From NCBI GenBank assembly GCA_018725125.1, contig QLTW01000001.1:1-57604 (forward strand): a stretch of DNA of 57,604 bases, read 5' to 3'. Both the position numbers and the translations under genes were made by a program. Under the pieces are notes generated by a model. It was not told the DNA's origin and made no database searches. It worked only from the letters and a program-made list of their open reading frames with translations. Below, piece by piece: positions 38,640 to 48,902 of this stretch. How positions within the stretch are numbered: position 1 is the first letter of the stretch; every line of letters starts with the position of its first letter. The stretch comes from Candidatus Psychracetigena formicireducens (lineage in GTDB: Bacteria > Coprothermobacterota > HKB111).

Positions 38640-40331
38640 TTAAACAGTACCTACCTGTTTTGAGCTAAAAAGTAATTCACGCGCTTGCTTTAAGGTGGTT
38701 GGGGAAATACTATCTCCCACTAACATTCTGGAAAGCTCCACCACTCTTTCTTCTTCATTCAACATTTTTACCTGAACATTAATTTCATCAGCTGAGATAA
38801 CTTTTTCAATTAAATAGTGATTATCTGCTTTTGCAGCTAATTGAGGCAAGTGCGTTACTAATAAAACCTGGTGGTTCTTACTTAACTCTTTCAATTTTTT
38901 TCCGACTGCTTCTGCAGTTCTCCCTCCTATCCCCATGTCCACTTCATCAAATATTAGTATTGGAGTTCTATCGGCTTCTTTCAAAACTGTTTTTAAAGCT
39001 AACATGACCCGAGATAATTCTCCTCCTGAAACTGTTAAAGATAATGGTTTTAGTTCCTCACTTTTATGAGGAGATAGTAAGAAGGTTATTTCATCTTGAC
39101 CATGAGAATTAATGTCAGATAACCTCTCCAACTTAATGGCAAACCTATTTTCTTCCATATTTAACTCTTTAAGTTCCTTGTTCACTTTTTTCTCTACCAT
39201 CACAGCCGTTTTCATTCTTACCTCTGTTAAATGATTTGCCTTTAATTCTAATTCCTTCAGGTAGAAATTTATTTCACTTTCTTTTTTTTCAATATCTTTA
39301 GAGACATCCTGCAGAGTATCAATTTGTTTGTTTAATTCATCTCTCAGGGAAAGAATTTCTTCGGTTGATTCAAGTTTGTGGCGTTTTTTCAGAATTTCAA
39401 TTTCGTTTAACCTTTTCTCTATCTCTTCTAACCTACCAGGATAATAGTCTAAAGAGTCCTGGTAATTAGGTAAAAAATTACCTAATTCTCTTAAATTAAT
39501 AATTAAATCAGAAAAATAACTTAACCAGGTTTCAAACTTTTTATCAATATTTGATAAACTTTTAAGGTTTCTAATTGTGTTTTGTGACAAACTTTCTAAA
39601 TTGGGAAGGTGATAATCAGAATTAAGATGCTCTTTCAACAAAATAATCAATCGGTTTAGTTCTTCGCTGTGAACCAATTTAATTTTTTCAGCTATCAGTT
39701 CTTTTTCTTCACCTGATTTTAGCTTCAACCTATCAATTTCAGAAAGCTGAAACTGCCATAGTTCCAAGGAATCTGTGCTTTTTCTATGAAAATATAACAA
39801 CTCATCCTTCTCTTTCTGTAATAATTTTAACTTGCTTAAGATAGTTTCAAGCTCAGTTATAATTTCTAAACTCTTAGTACCTGGATAATAATCCAGTAAG
39901 TTTCGTTGAAAATCAGTATTTAATAAAAGTTGCTGCTCTCCCTGACCATGAAAGTCTGCCAGAACATTACCAATACTCTTTAATAAATGTATATTTGCAA
40001 GACGACCGTTTACCCAACATCTGCTCCTGCCATCAGCAAATAAAACTCTCTCCAGTATAAGAAGTTTATCTTCTATTAGCTCTAAATCATCAAATAACTT
40101 ATCAGGTAAAACCAGGTTCACCAGATCAAAGATCCCAGTAATTACACATCTTTCATAGGTGCTTTTTATATATTCCGAATTAACTTTCCCCCCAAACAGT
40201 AAATTAAGAGCATCAATTATTATAGATTTTCCTGCCCCAGTCTCCCCAGTTAAAACTTGAAAGTTTGGTTTAAATTGAAGATGGAGATAGTCAATTATGG
40301 CAAAACCTTTGATTTTAAGTTCCTGAAGCAC
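38640..40331 (-). CDS. recN: DNA repair protein RecN
   Basis: 563 aa with an SMC-like fold. Has the N-terminal Walker A GETGAGKS, a coiled coil, and the C-terminal signature SGGELSR with Walker B LIFDEVD. Confidence 0.9.
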   Translation of the reverse strand: MLQELKIKGFAIIDYLHLQFKPNFQVLTGETGAGKSIIIDALNLLFGGKVNSEYIKSTYERCVITGIFDLVNLVLPDKLFDDLELIEDKLLILERVLFADGRSRCWVNGRLANIHLLKSIGNVLADFHGQGEQQLLLNTDFQRNLLDYYPGTKSLEIITELETILSKLKLLQKEKDELLYFHRKSTDSLELWQFQLSEIDRLKLKSGEEKELIAEKIKLVHSEELNRLIILLKEHLNSDYHLPNLESLSQNTIRNLKSLSNIDKKFETWLSYFSDLIINLRELGNFLPNYQDSLDYYPGRLEEIEKRLNEIEILKKRHKLESTEEILSLRDELNKQIDTLQDVSKDIEKKESEINFYLKELELKANHLTEVRMKTAVMVEKKVNKELKELNMEENRFAIKLERLSDINSHGQDEITFLLSPHKSEELKPLSLTVSGGELSRVMLALKTVLKEADRTPILIFDEVDMGIGGRTAEAVGKKLKELSKNHQVLLVTHLPQLAAKADNHYLIEKVISADEINVQVKMLNEEERVVELSRMLVGDSISPTTLKQARELLFSSKQVGTV

Positions 40332-41190
40332 TTTTTTTCCAACCCCAGCTTAATTTATACCTAATGGTGTTATAGAAATTACCACTGCTCATTCCCAGAA
40401 GTTTAATTCTCTGGTTACCTGGAGAAACCTCCAGGTTAATAGGTGGTTTAGCCATCATTATTTTTAAACCATCCAGAAATAAGTGTAGTTTTAATTCTTT
40501 ACTACCTTGAATTAATACTTTTGGCTTCTCTATAGGATTTATTAGAATAGGGCGAATGTTAATTGAGTGAGCAGAAAGAGGAACCAGATTAACGCAATAT
40601 AACTGGTGGCTAATAAGAGGTCCTCCTGCAGACAAAGCTTGAGCGGTTGAACCAAATGAAGAAGATAATATTACTCCTTCACCATGATAACTTCCCAGAA
40701 TTGACTTTCCAACTTTGACCTGGAAAATAGGTAATCGGGATTGAAAATCTCTTACCAGGACGGTTTCGTTGATAAACTCTCCATCATATTTTTCCTCCTC
40801 AGTAAATATTCTGGTTTTAAGTGTTTGAATTTCAGATGACACAAACTTTCCTTTAATAAAATTATTTATTTCCTTTCTTACCTGGTCAATAGTATGTGTA
40901 CAATTTAAAAAGCCCAAACTACCAGAAGTATTAAGGCCTATTAAATAAGCCTCAGTTTTTATACTGGCCATATGGCGAGCAACTCTAAGAAATGTCCCAT
41001 CACCACCTATAGACACTACAATAGAAGATTCCTCAAGTAGCAGGTTGTCAGCTAAACCATCTTCACCTTCAAATTTCCTCATAATTACTTTAATATTAGC
41101 TAATTGTAAGGCTTCTTTAAGCTTAACTGCTTTATTTTTTGCCTCTGCACGTTGATGGTGGGGAAAAATTCCAACTGTTAGTTCTTTCAT
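40315..41190 (-). CDS. nadK: NAD+ kinase
   Basis: 291 aa with the GGDGTFLR motif. Shows the conserved tlyA-nadK-recN order. Confidence 0.85.
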   Translation of the reverse strand: MKELTVGIFPHHQRAEAKNKAVKLKEALQLANIKVIMRKFEGEDGLADNLLLEESSIVVSIGGDGTFLRVARHMASIKTEAYLIGLNTSGSLGFLNCTHTIDQVRKEINNFIKGKFVSSEIQTLKTRIFTEEEKYDGEFINETVLVRDFQSRLPIFQVKVGKSILGSYHGEGVILSSSFGSTAQALSAGGPLISHQLYCVNLVPLSAHSINIRPILINPIEKPKVLIQGSKELKLHLFLDGLKIMMAKPPINLEVSPGNQRIKLLGMSSGNFYNTIRYKLSWGWKKSASGT

Positions 41191-41972
41191 TGGTATATTA
41201 CCTCGCTAAGGTAGGATTCTCCAATACCATTGGTTAAATCAGTCCTCCTTTTAAGCAAAAGAAAGTACTCTTGATTTCCCCTGCTTCCCTTAATGACGGA
41301 AGGGGCAATGTTTATAATACAACAACCTCTTGATTCAATGGTTCTTTTTAAAGCTAAAAGAGAGTTTATTATGGTGTCTTTGTTTTTAGCAACCCCCCGC
41401 CGTACTTCCTTTGGCCCCACTTCAAATTGAGGTTTAAAAAGAGCTACCATAATACCATTTTCAGCTAAAAACTGTTCTGCTATAGGAAGAATTAGATTCA
41501 AAGAAATAAAAGATACATCAATGGTAATTATATTAACTAATTCAGATACAAGGTCGTTGTTAGCATATCTAAAATTTATTCCTTCCAATATTTCAACTCT
41601 GGGGTCACTTCTAAGTTTGTGGTGAAGTTGCCCTAAGCCTACATCCACTGCAAATACTTTTCTAACCCCCTGCCTAAGAAGACATTCGGTGAAACCTCCT
41701 GTTGAAGCCCCTATATCCAGGGCTAACCAGCCCTGGGGAGTTATTGCAAAATCCTTTAGAGCCTGCTCAAGTTTAACTCCTCCTCTGCTTACATAACCTT
41801 CAGGTCCTCTAATTTCTACATTTACATCAGGACTTACGAGAGATGCAGGTTTGTAGGTGGGTAAACCTTCAACTATTAGCAATCGGGAATTAATAGCCTC
41901 AACAGCTTTTTCCCTACTCTCAAACAAACCCCTTTTTTCAAGCAATTTATCAAGCCGTATTTTGAGATGCAT
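41187..41972 (-). CDS. tlyA: TlyA-family rRNA (cytidine-2'-O)-methyltransferase
   Basis: 261 aa with an N-terminal S4 domain (RLDKLLEKRGL) and the FtsJ-like SAM motif LDIGASTGGFT. Confidence 0.85.
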   Translation of the reverse strand: MHLKIRLDKLLEKRGLFESREKAVEAINSRLLIVEGLPTYKPASLVSPDVNVEIRGPEGYVSRGGVKLEQALKDFAITPQGWLALDIGASTGGFTECLLRQGVRKVFAVDVGLGQLHHKLRSDPRVEILEGINFRYANNDLVSELVNIITIDVSFISLNLILPIAEQFLAENGIMVALFKPQFEVGPKEVRRGVAKNKDTIINSLLALKRTIESRGCCIINIAPSVIKGSRGNQEYFLLLKRRTDLTNGIGESYLSEVIYQ

Positions 41973-41980
41973 ATATTTAA

Positions 41981-42268
41981 CTAAATTACATAGAAGGTTT
42001 CAAAGTTTACAGAAAATTCCAAAGGATTTAAATCTTTCAAGGTAAAAGATTCTATCAGGGAAAAAGGGGTTCCTTTCTTAATAACATTTATAAACATCTC
42101 CAGACTATCAGCTTCTCCATAGGCAACGGTCTCAACTTCTCCTGAAGGAAGGTTCTTCACATAACCTGTCAAACCCAATTGCCTTGCCTGGCGATAAGTA
42201 AAGTAGCGAAACCCCACACCCTGAACCCGACCTTTAACCAAAATTTTTATCAACTTCTTTGCTGGCAT
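41981..42268 (-). CDS. acyP: Acylphosphatase
   Basis: 95 aa with the [14 protein letters not shown] signature. Confidence 0.85.
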   Translation of the reverse strand: MPAKKLIKILVKGRVQGVGFRYFTYRQARQLGLTGYVKNLPSGEVETVAYGEADSLEMFINVIKKGTPFSLIESFTLKDLNPLEFSVNFETFYVI

Positions 42269-42647
42269 TGTATAAACCTCTTAATACACCATTGACAAAC
42301 TTTGCAGCTTTTTCACCAGCAAACTTTTTAGTTAGAATTACACTCTCGCTTAAAATAACTTTGGGAGGTGAGTCCTGCTGATAAAATAACTCATAGGTTG
42401 CCAGTCTGAGAACAGACTTTTCTACCGATCCCAATTCAACGAGCTTTCTGTTGTGCAGACAAGATGAGATTATTTTATCAATTGCTACTATCTCTTTTTT
42501 TATTCTACTTAACATTTCCCGAGTAGCCAGGACTAACTCTTCAGATATTTCTTCCAGACCATCTGGATCCAAAAACTTATCTCCACCTAACTCTTGAGCA
42601 ACTAAATCACTAAGCACTATTCTTCTACACAAATGCCGCTTTTTCAA
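42234..42647 (-). CDS. nusB: Transcription antitermination factor NusB
   Basis: 137 aa with the typical C-terminal FVNGVLRG motif. Shows asp23-nusB synteny. Confidence 0.85.
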   Translation of the reverse strand: MKKRHLCRRIVLSDLVAQELGGDKFLDPDGLEEISEELVLATREMLSRIKKEIVAIDKIISSCLHNRKLVELGSVEKSVLRLATYELFYQQDSPPKVILSESVILTKKFAGEKAAKFVNGVLRGLYNASKEVDKNFG

Positions 42648-42652
42648 AGGAT

Positions 42653-42985
42653 CTATTTTCTACTTACTCCTTTGAATATTATATCCACCCTTTCTACCTC
42701 AACTCCTCCCAATTCTTCCAGTGATTTTATAATTCTCCCTCTAACGACTGCCCCAACTTCTCTTAAGTTCTCTCCATACTCCCCCAGGAGGTAAATCTTT
42801 ATTTTTAATTTTTCCTTGCTTCTAATTATTTTTATAGGTTTTTTTAATAGCCCAGAAAAATCAGGTGCTAAACCAGTAACCCCCTTAACTTCTACAATTG
42901 CCTCTAATATTAATTGTTTAAGAGCCGTATCTTCAATAAAAAACCGATCTATGGCTGATGGCTTATAAATATCATCTCTCCACAT
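42653..42985 (-). CDS. Asp23/Gls24 (DUF322) family envelope-stress protein
   Basis: 110 aa. Its size, composition and position between efp and nusB match the YqhY-type Asp23 proteins of Firmicutes. Confidence 0.65.
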   Translation of the reverse strand: MWRDDIYKPSAIDRFFIEDTALKQLILEAIVEVKGVTGLAPDFSGLLKKPIKIIRSKEKLKIKIYLLGEYGENLREVGAVVRGRIIKSLEELGGVEVERVDIIFKGVSRK

Positions 42986-43262
42986 TTCTTACACCCCAGT
43001 CTTATCCATTCTTTTTCCATAAAAGCTGTTAGGTCCAGAGGAATTTGTTCTTTACAGACTGGACAATCAAACAGCTGCTCTTCGCCCAACATGGTAACCA
43101 GTTTAGCACTATCTAAAAAGCTTATCAATCCTTTAAGATAGTTAATGGTACCAATGTTTTATTAATTAAGTCTTGATTCAAATTCTCTGGTACCTTTAAA
43201 TACTCTTGCAGGGTAGAGATTTTATCCTTCATTTTTTCTATCATGTCTATCTTCTCCATCAT
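42949..43262 (-). CDS. Possible small zinc-ribbon protein in two frames (45-codon ORF coupled to the efp stop, then a shifted frame). Unannotated in the ORF track
   Basis: ATG 43262 directly abuts the efp TGA and reads MMEKIDMIEKMKDKISTLQEYLKVPENLNQDLINKTLVPLTILKD-stop (43125). The neighbouring frame continues LISFLDSAKLVTMLGEEQLFDCPVCKEQIPLDLTAFMEKEWIRLGCKKCGEMIFISHQP-stop (42949), with CxxC...CxxC. Confidence 0.3.
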
Positions 43263-43838
43263 TCATTTAGTTTTTGTCCTTTCTAAATATTCTCCAGTCC
43301 TGGTGTCTACCCTGATTATATCGCCAATTTCTATGAATAGAGGCACAGATATTTTTGCCCCTGTTTCTAAAACTGCTTGTTTGGTAGCTCCTGATACGGT
43401 ATCACCTTTAAAGCCTGGCTCAGTTTCTTGAACCAGTAATTCTACTATGATCGGTAGGTCAACTCCAATAGGTTTACTCTGGTAAAACAAGACATCAGCT
43501 TCTAAACCCTCTTTCAAAAATTCAACTCCCTGCTTGAAATCATCTTCTTTGATGTGCCATTGTTCATAATTAGATTGATCCATAAAAATATAATTATCAT
43601 CCTGATGGTAAAGAAATTGCATTTTTTTCTCTTCAAGGTAAGCTCGTATAATTTTTTCTCCAGCCCTGAAAGTTTTCTCCAACACAGTACCATCTTTCAA
43701 TTTCTTTAACCTTGTTCTTACAAAAGCAGCTCCTTTTCCAGGTTTCACATGCAACTGTTCAACGCAGATATAAAGATCCCCGTCTAACTCTACAGCCATT
43801 CCTGACCTAACATCATTTACGGAAATCAAAGCTTCCAC
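43263..43838 (-). CDS. efp: Elongation factor P
   Basis: 191 aa with the HVKPGKGAAFVRTRLK motif carrying the modified lysine. Confidence 0.95.
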   Translation of the reverse strand: MEALISVNDVRSGMAVELDGDLYICVEQLHVKPGKGAAFVRTRLKKLKDGTVLEKTFRAGEKIIRAYLEEKKMQFLYHQDDNYIFMDQSNYEQWHIKEDDFKQGVEFLKEGLEADVLFYQSKPIGVDLPIIVELLVQETEPGFKGDTVSGATKQAVLETGAKISVPLFIEIGDIIRVDTRTGEYLERTKTK

Positions 43839-44905
43839 TCATCTTTGGGGAATTTTGAGAGGTTATAGTAACCATTACTCTTTAAGACTACCATATCTTC
43901 AGTTCTCACACCTCCCCAACCAGAAATATATACACCAGGCTCAACTGTTATAACCATTCCTTCCTTCAAAACAGTTTTATCATCTATAGCCACCCTCGGT
44001 GCTTCGTGAACTTCCAAACCGACACCATGACCTAAACCATGACCAAAATAATTATCCAATCCCTTACCTTTCAAATAATCTCGAGCTGCTTTATCAACTA
44101 AACCAGCTTCCACACCTGCTTGAATGATACTAAATGCCTGTCTTTGGGCTTCAAGGACATGGTTATATACATCTACTTCTTTCTCCCCTGGTTTACCCAG
44201 AAAAAAGGTTCGCGTGCAATCTGAGACATACCCATCAATGCGGGCTCCAAAATCAATTACTATGAACTCACCGGTTTTTATTTCTTTGTTCGTTGGTTGA
44301 GCATGTGGTAAAGCTGCTCTTTCTCCTGAAGCAACAATAATAGGAAATGCCATATTGGCACCCCTTTGCCTTATCTGGTACTCCAGTTCAATGGCTAAAT
44401 CAATTTCCTTAACCCCTGGTTTCAATAGTTTTAATATGTTATATAAAGCTTTTTCAGATAGTTCTTGAGCTGTCTTTATTGAGGATATTTCCTGTTCATC
44501 TTTTATGACACGACAATTTTCTACCAGGTTTTCTGTGGGTAACCATTCCACCTCCCCAATGAATTCTTCTAATTCCTTCAGTTGAGAAACTGTTAGGTGG
44601 TTAGGTTCAAACCCAACTTTTTTAATCGAACCTGAGTTCAGTACTTCTTTAAGATACTTATGATATGGTTTAGTAAATTCTATAACCTTAGCGCTGGGAG
44701 ATTCGATTTTAGCTTGCTCGGTATATCGAAAATCAACTAAAAGATTAGGTTCAGGTTTCATTACCAAAATCCCAGCTGAACCAGTAAATCCTATTAGGTA
44801 CCTTCTGGACTCATATCTAAAGGAAACCCAAGCGCCTAAGTTATTTTCTCTTAAATAATTTTTAACTATCTCCTGACTGTTAAATAAAGTATCTCTAGGG
44901 AGCAA
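43826..44905 (-). CDS. pepP: Xaa-Pro aminopeptidase (M24B)
   Basis: 359 aa with a creatinase-like N-terminal domain and M24 metal ligands (DFGA..DGY.SD, HGLGHGVGLEVHE). Shows pepP-efp synteny. Confidence 0.85.
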   Translation of the reverse strand: MLPRDTLFNSQEIVKNYLRENNLGAWVSFRYESRRYLIGFTGSAGILVMKPEPNLLVDFRYTEQAKIESPSAKVIEFTKPYHKYLKEVLNSGSIKKVGFEPNHLTVSQLKELEEFIGEVEWLPTENLVENCRVIKDEQEISSIKTAQELSEKALYNILKLLKPGVKEIDLAIELEYQIRQRGANMAFPIIVASGERAALPHAQPTNKEIKTGEFIVIDFGARIDGYVSDCTRTFFLGKPGEKEVDVYNHVLEAQRQAFSIIQAGVEAGLVDKAARDYLKGKGLDNYFGHGLGHGVGLEVHEAPRVAIDDKTVLKEGMVITVEPGVYISGWGGVRTEDMVVLKSNGYYNLSKFPKDEWKL

Positions 44906-45200
44906 ATATATTCACCTTCCTGGTATCCTCACCAATTACAACTATTTCAGTACCATCTCTTCTTGTTTGGAGGATTTCGTCTACTTGGTTAGAAATTTCA
45001 GTTTCTATTAATTGTGGTACTCGGTGATCTACAATCCCTTCATATTCTGTAATATAAAACCTCAAAAAGAAATTAAGGAGAGTGTCTTCGATTTCCTGTC
45101 TATAAGTAGTAACTCCCCAAACCAGAACCAACAGCACGGTTAATAATAATATTGTGGTAATCCTTATTTTTCTTGTTTTTTTAACTTTTGCCATATTCAC
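44895..45200 (-). CDS. Hypothetical single-pass membrane protein at the distal end of the pilMNO block
   Basis: 101-aa ORF with an N-terminal K/R-rich segment and a TM helix (ITTILLLTVLLVLVWGV). I recognise no family. Confidence 0.4.
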   Translation of the reverse strand: MNMAKVKKTRKIRITTILLLTVLLVLVWGVTTYRQEIEDTLLNFFLRFYITEYEGIVDHRVPQLIETEISNQVDEILQTRRDGTEIVVIGEDTRKVNIFAP

Positions 45201-45203
45201 ACC

Positions 45204-45731
45204 TTAATTACCAACGCCTTTAAAATAAACTGCTAATTCTAAACTGGCTCCCACTGCAATTTCTGTACCAGAAACATTAATTCTTTCTACAGAAACTATA
45301 TAAGGGAATACTTCAATTTCTCTCAAAAAAGAAAGTAAATTTGCATAGGTACCAGAGATGTTGATTGACACATTAACCCGCGAGTTCTCGCCTACTGCCC
45401 CTATTTCTCCCAGAGAAATGTTAGAAAGCTCAACTCCACCTCTTCTGGCTAAATTATATATTTCTAAAAACAACTCTTCCTCTTTGATAACAGGTTTTAG
45501 CATATCTTGAAGCTCACTCAAACGTGTGCTTACCTTAGCTATTTCCTGTTCCATCCTGGGGAGTTGTTCATTCAGAAACACCAGGTAACTAAGTTCGGCT
45601 TTTTTATCCTGTAGAATTACACTATGCTCCCGACCTTTATTATATAAAGGGAGTAGGTAGGTTGACACCAGAAAATAAGAGGTAATTATATATATGATTA
45701 TTGCTATGCCTATTTTAATTTTTTTACTCAT
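45204..45731 (-). CDS. pilO: Type IV pilus assembly protein PilO-like
   Basis: 175 aa with an N-terminal TM helix, a coiled coil and a ferredoxin-like C-terminal domain. Follows pilM-pilN. Confidence 0.65.
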   Translation of the reverse strand: MSKKIKIGIAIIIYIITSYFLVSTYLLPLYNKGREHSVILQDKKAELSYLVFLNEQLPRMEQEIAKVSTRLSELQDMLKPVIKEEELFLEIYNLARRGGVELSNISLGEIGAVGENSRVNVSINISGTYANLLSFLREIEVFPYIVSVERINVSGTEIAVGASLELAVYFKGVGN

Positions 45732-45732
45732 C

Positions 45733-46314
45733 TTAAACCCCCTCTATAAAAGTAAGGGAGATGGGAAAGGTGATTCTACCGGTATTAACATCAATACTGA
45801 TGCCGCGAATATCTAAATTAGGAATAAATTTAGATTTCCTGATTCTTGCCAGAAACTCTGTGGCAAGATTAATATTTCTGGCTTCAACTTGTAGGGAAAT
45901 GCTTTTACCGCTCCTATCTATATTTACTGAACTGAAGGAAACCCCGGCAGGAGTTATTTTTTGGAGTTCAAGGAAAAGCCATCTCAAAGAGGTAGATTCT
46001 TCTTCTAACTTCACTATAGACGCTTCAACCCTTCCAATAGCAGCTAAATCCCTCTCTAATTCAGTTACTTTTTGCTTTACCTGGGCAAGGTTATTTATCT
46101 CATTTTCAACTTTATTAATTTGAGCTAAAAGCTGATTGTTTAAGGAGGTTTGAAAATAATAAACACCCCCAATTATGGCAACTATAGCAAAAAATACCAG
46201 TATAAGCGTTATTTCTTCTCCTTTAATTAATCTCCTTTTCTTAGCTTTTCTCGGTAGCAAATTAAATGATAAAAATTGTAGTTTTTTAGACATATGATGG
46301 TTCCTCCGAAACAA
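45733..46314 (-). CDS. pilN: Type IV pilus assembly protein PilN-like
   Basis: Has the FNLLPRK motif (conserved PilN INLLP box), a TM helix and a coiled coil. The likely true start is MSKKLQF at 46293. Confidence 0.7.
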   Translation of the reverse strand: MFRRNHHMSKKLQFLSFNLLPRKAKKRRLIKGEEITLILVFFAIVAIIGGVYYFQTSLNNQLLAQINKVENEINNLAQVKQKVTELERDLAAIGRVEASIVKLEEESTSLRWLFLELQKITPAGVSFSSVNIDRSGKSISLQVEARNINLATEFLARIRKSKFIPNLDIRGISIDVNTGRITFPISLTFIEGV

Positions 46315-47413
46315 GCCTTAAGGCCAGGCCTAAGGCGCAGTTCAGTAGTATAGCTGAATCTACTAAAAATCTTTTATCTAACCCTTTTTTATGTTTAATA
46401 TTTAATAAAGAAGTATTTAGTATGGTGTTCACTTCAAGGTTCTCATTTAGCGCTTCCACCAAACCCTTTAAGAAAGCACCCCCACCACTTAAAACCAGGT
46501 TAAGTTTATCGCCAATAGGTAAACTCCACTCTTGCTGAGCAAAAATCTGCGATCTTCTAATCTCTGAATACAGTTTATCTTCGAGAATTTCGGTGACCCG
46601 CATTTTCAATTCCTTGTAATTATAAGATTGCCCAGCATCAAATAACAGTCCTTCCTCTTTCTTAAATCTTTCTGCTTCCAATTGATTCAATTGTAGTCTT
46701 TGTTTAACAATAGTAGTAACCATGTCTCCAGAAAATGGGATAGCTCGGGAAAAAAATATTCTACCTCGGGCATAAAAACTTATAGAACTAATGCTGGAAC
46801 CTACATTCAAAATTGCATAAATCTCTTCTTCTTTAAACTCGGGTAAAAAACCAAGTGTACGCACTTCAGCATAGGAATCAATTTCAATGGCAGTAAGTTT
46901 TAGTCGTGCTTTGGAGAATCCCTTGATTAAGGGATCCAGGACAGTGTTAGGAACTGCTACCAACAAGCCTTTATAATACTTCCTCCCATCTTTTTCGAAA
47001 ACTTCCAGAATTTTATAATCATACCCGCTTTCTTCAATCGGGAAATCAAGCATTTTAGCACCTTCCCACTTAATCATTTCTCCAACTTCGTCTATGTTTA
47101 CATAAGGTATAGTGAACTCGGTAGTTCTAACCAGATCGCTTGCAATAGCCACTACTGCATTAGATGCTTTTAGATTATAGGCAGATATGACGATTCTTAA
47201 TGCTTCTGCCAGTGCTAGAGGGTTTTTTACCAGTCCCTCTTTACTCAAAAGGTCCTGTGGGGTGGGAGATAGCGCTGCACCTTCAACCACGGGTTCACCT
47301 CTAACACTCCCCAGGAGAACAGCTTTGATGGTATTGGCACCCACATCAACCCCAAGAACCTGTTTACTACCTTTTCCAAAACTAAAAATAGGTTTCATGG
47401 CTGATACCTCCAT
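46286..47413 (-). CDS. pilM: Type IV pilus assembly ATPase-like protein PilM (actin/FtsA fold)
   Basis: 375 aa with LGVDVGANTIKAV and LSGGGA motifs. The likely start is MKPIFSF at 47398. Confidence 0.85.
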   Translation of the reverse strand: MEVSAMKPIFSFGKGSKQVLGVDVGANTIKAVLLGSVRGEPVVEGAALSPTPQDLLSKEGLVKNPLALAEALRIVISAYNLKASNAVVAIASDLVRTTEFTIPYVNIDEVGEMIKWEGAKMLDFPIEESGYDYKILEVFEKDGRKYYKGLLVAVPNTVLDPLIKGFSKARLKLTAIEIDSYAEVRTLGFLPEFKEEEIYAILNVGSSISSISFYARGRIFFSRAIPFSGDMVTTIVKQRLQLNQLEAERFKKEEGLLFDAGQSYNYKELKMRVTEILEDKLYSEIRRSQIFAQQEWSLPIGDKLNLVLSGGGAFLKGLVEALNENLEVNTILNTSLLNIKHKKGLDKRFLVDSAILLNCALGLALRLVSEEPSYV

Positions 47414-48402
47414 TCTTTGAATATAAATAACTTCTTCACCAATAAATGCTCAAATTTTTCATAAACAGCCTTATTATTTACTAAGGTGGTCTGTCTCTCA
47501 AACTTGAGGTTCTTCGCAATAATCATACCATTAAAATGCACTGAATTGCTAAAATTGAATTCTTCTGCAATTAATACTCCATTTCCCGAAACATCTCCCT
47601 TAAAAAATGCTTTATCTTTAATTATAAGCATTATTTTATCAAATTCCAATGGGTACGAAGTATGGAAATCCTGATTTAATATAATAATGGTGCCATTGGA
47701 ACTACCCTTTAAAGTTAAGGTACCATTTAACAGAAGGTTGGGGTTATTAATTACAAAAACATCAGGTAAGCCAGGCTCTTTTTCCAGGAAGTTTATCTGA
47801 AGGCTATTTCCTGTGTGAGTAAATGAGACTCTTTGACTGTCTGACAATAAAGACATCATATCGTTATATACAAAATAATCACTTCCCGGATTGGATAAAT
47901 CCATTTTAAGTATACTTGAGGTAAGTGGTCGGAAATTGTTAGTAATTAAACTACTATCTGTTTTATTAGATATTTTAGAAAGCCCTTTTCCTATTATATT
48001 TAGCTGTTTATCAGATTCGAGATTTTCAGTAATAAAAACAAAATCAAGTAAATTGAAAACTTCACCTATTACCGTTAACTGTCTTTTGGCTCTATTCACC
48101 TCACCGGTAACCCTAATTGTTTGTACGGGATTATTATTAATATTTAAATTAAGTTTAACTCCATTTAAATCATAGTTCTTATTGAAAGATACGATATTTT
48201 TATTAATTATCTGGTATAAACCTAACTCTAATCCGCTCATCAACGAAGATTGTACTTTTAATGAGTCTTTAAGGTATGTTAAAACCTGAGCTTCCTGAAT
48301 TAATAAAGTGGCAAAGCTGGTTAACAAAAGCATAACCAGAAAAGAAAGAATCATGGTTATTAAAATAATAGTTCCTTTATTGTTTATAAGCGGGGTAGGC
48401 AT
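47395..48402 (-). CDS. Large minor-pilin-like protein (PilX/ComGG-like; degenerate prepilin leader without Glu5)
   Basis: 335 aa with an N-terminal KGTIILITMILSFLVMLLL hydrophobic helix. Its position is after three prepilin-type genes. Confidence 0.5.
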   Translation of the reverse strand: MPTPLINNKGTIILITMILSFLVMLLLTSFATLLIQEAQVLTYLKDSLKVQSSLMSGLELGLYQIINKNIVSFNKNYDLNGVKLNLNINNNPVQTIRVTGEVNRAKRQLTVIGEVFNLLDFVFITENLESDKQLNIIGKGLSKISNKTDSSLITNNFRPLTSSILKMDLSNPGSDYFVYNDMMSLLSDSQRVSFTHTGNSLQINFLEKEPGLPDVFVINNPNLLLNGTLTLKGSSNGTIIILNQDFHTSYPLEFDKIMLIIKDKAFFKGDVSGNGVLIAEEFNFSNSVHFNGMIIAKNLKFERQTTLVNNKAVYEKFEHLLVKKLFIFKEWRYQP

Positions 48403-48902
48403 ATAATATTAATATTATTTTCTCTTCTCCCAATTTTTAATTTCAACTCAAAGGTTACGCTTTCATTGTTTCTTAGGTAATTAAACTCCATAACATTTTG
48501 AACCAGGGGATTGCTGGTGGGTCTACGGAACTTAAAAGGATGACGATCAGGAAATTCATTCTCCTTTAAGCTGTTTTTATTTATGGGAACGGCAATGTAT
48601 CTATATAAGTTCTTTCGACTTGGACTGAAGTAATATCCCACCACCACCTGATCAGAATTTTTTCCCCAGATTCCCCGGTAACTGCCCATTCTTCCTTCCC
48701 TGATACTATTTAATTTCATAGAATGAATATCCTGCCTGATAATATGGTTAGCTATCCTGATGTTTTGAATGGTTTCTATCCTATCTCTTCCGTAAAGGGT
48801 TATATTTTTCATCCCCACCAGTGTAGAAATAAAGGGGAATACCACTATAATCGCTATAGAAAAAGAAATAATAATTTCTAACAGAGTGAACCCTTTATTC
48901 AT
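48384..48902 (-). CDS. Prepilin-type N-terminal cleavage/methylation domain protein (minor pilin)
   Basis: 172 aa starting MNKGFTLLEIIISFSIAII (the G/FTLxE class III signal). Confidence 0.7.
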   Translation of the reverse strand: MNKGFTLLEIIISFSIAIIVVFPFISTLVGMKNITLYGRDRIETIQNIRIANHIIRQDIHSMKLNSIREGRMGSYRGIWGKNSDQVVVGYYFSPSRKNLYRYIAVPINKNSLKENEFPDRHPFKFRRPTSNPLVQNVMEFNYLRNNESVTFELKLKIGRRENNINIICLPRL

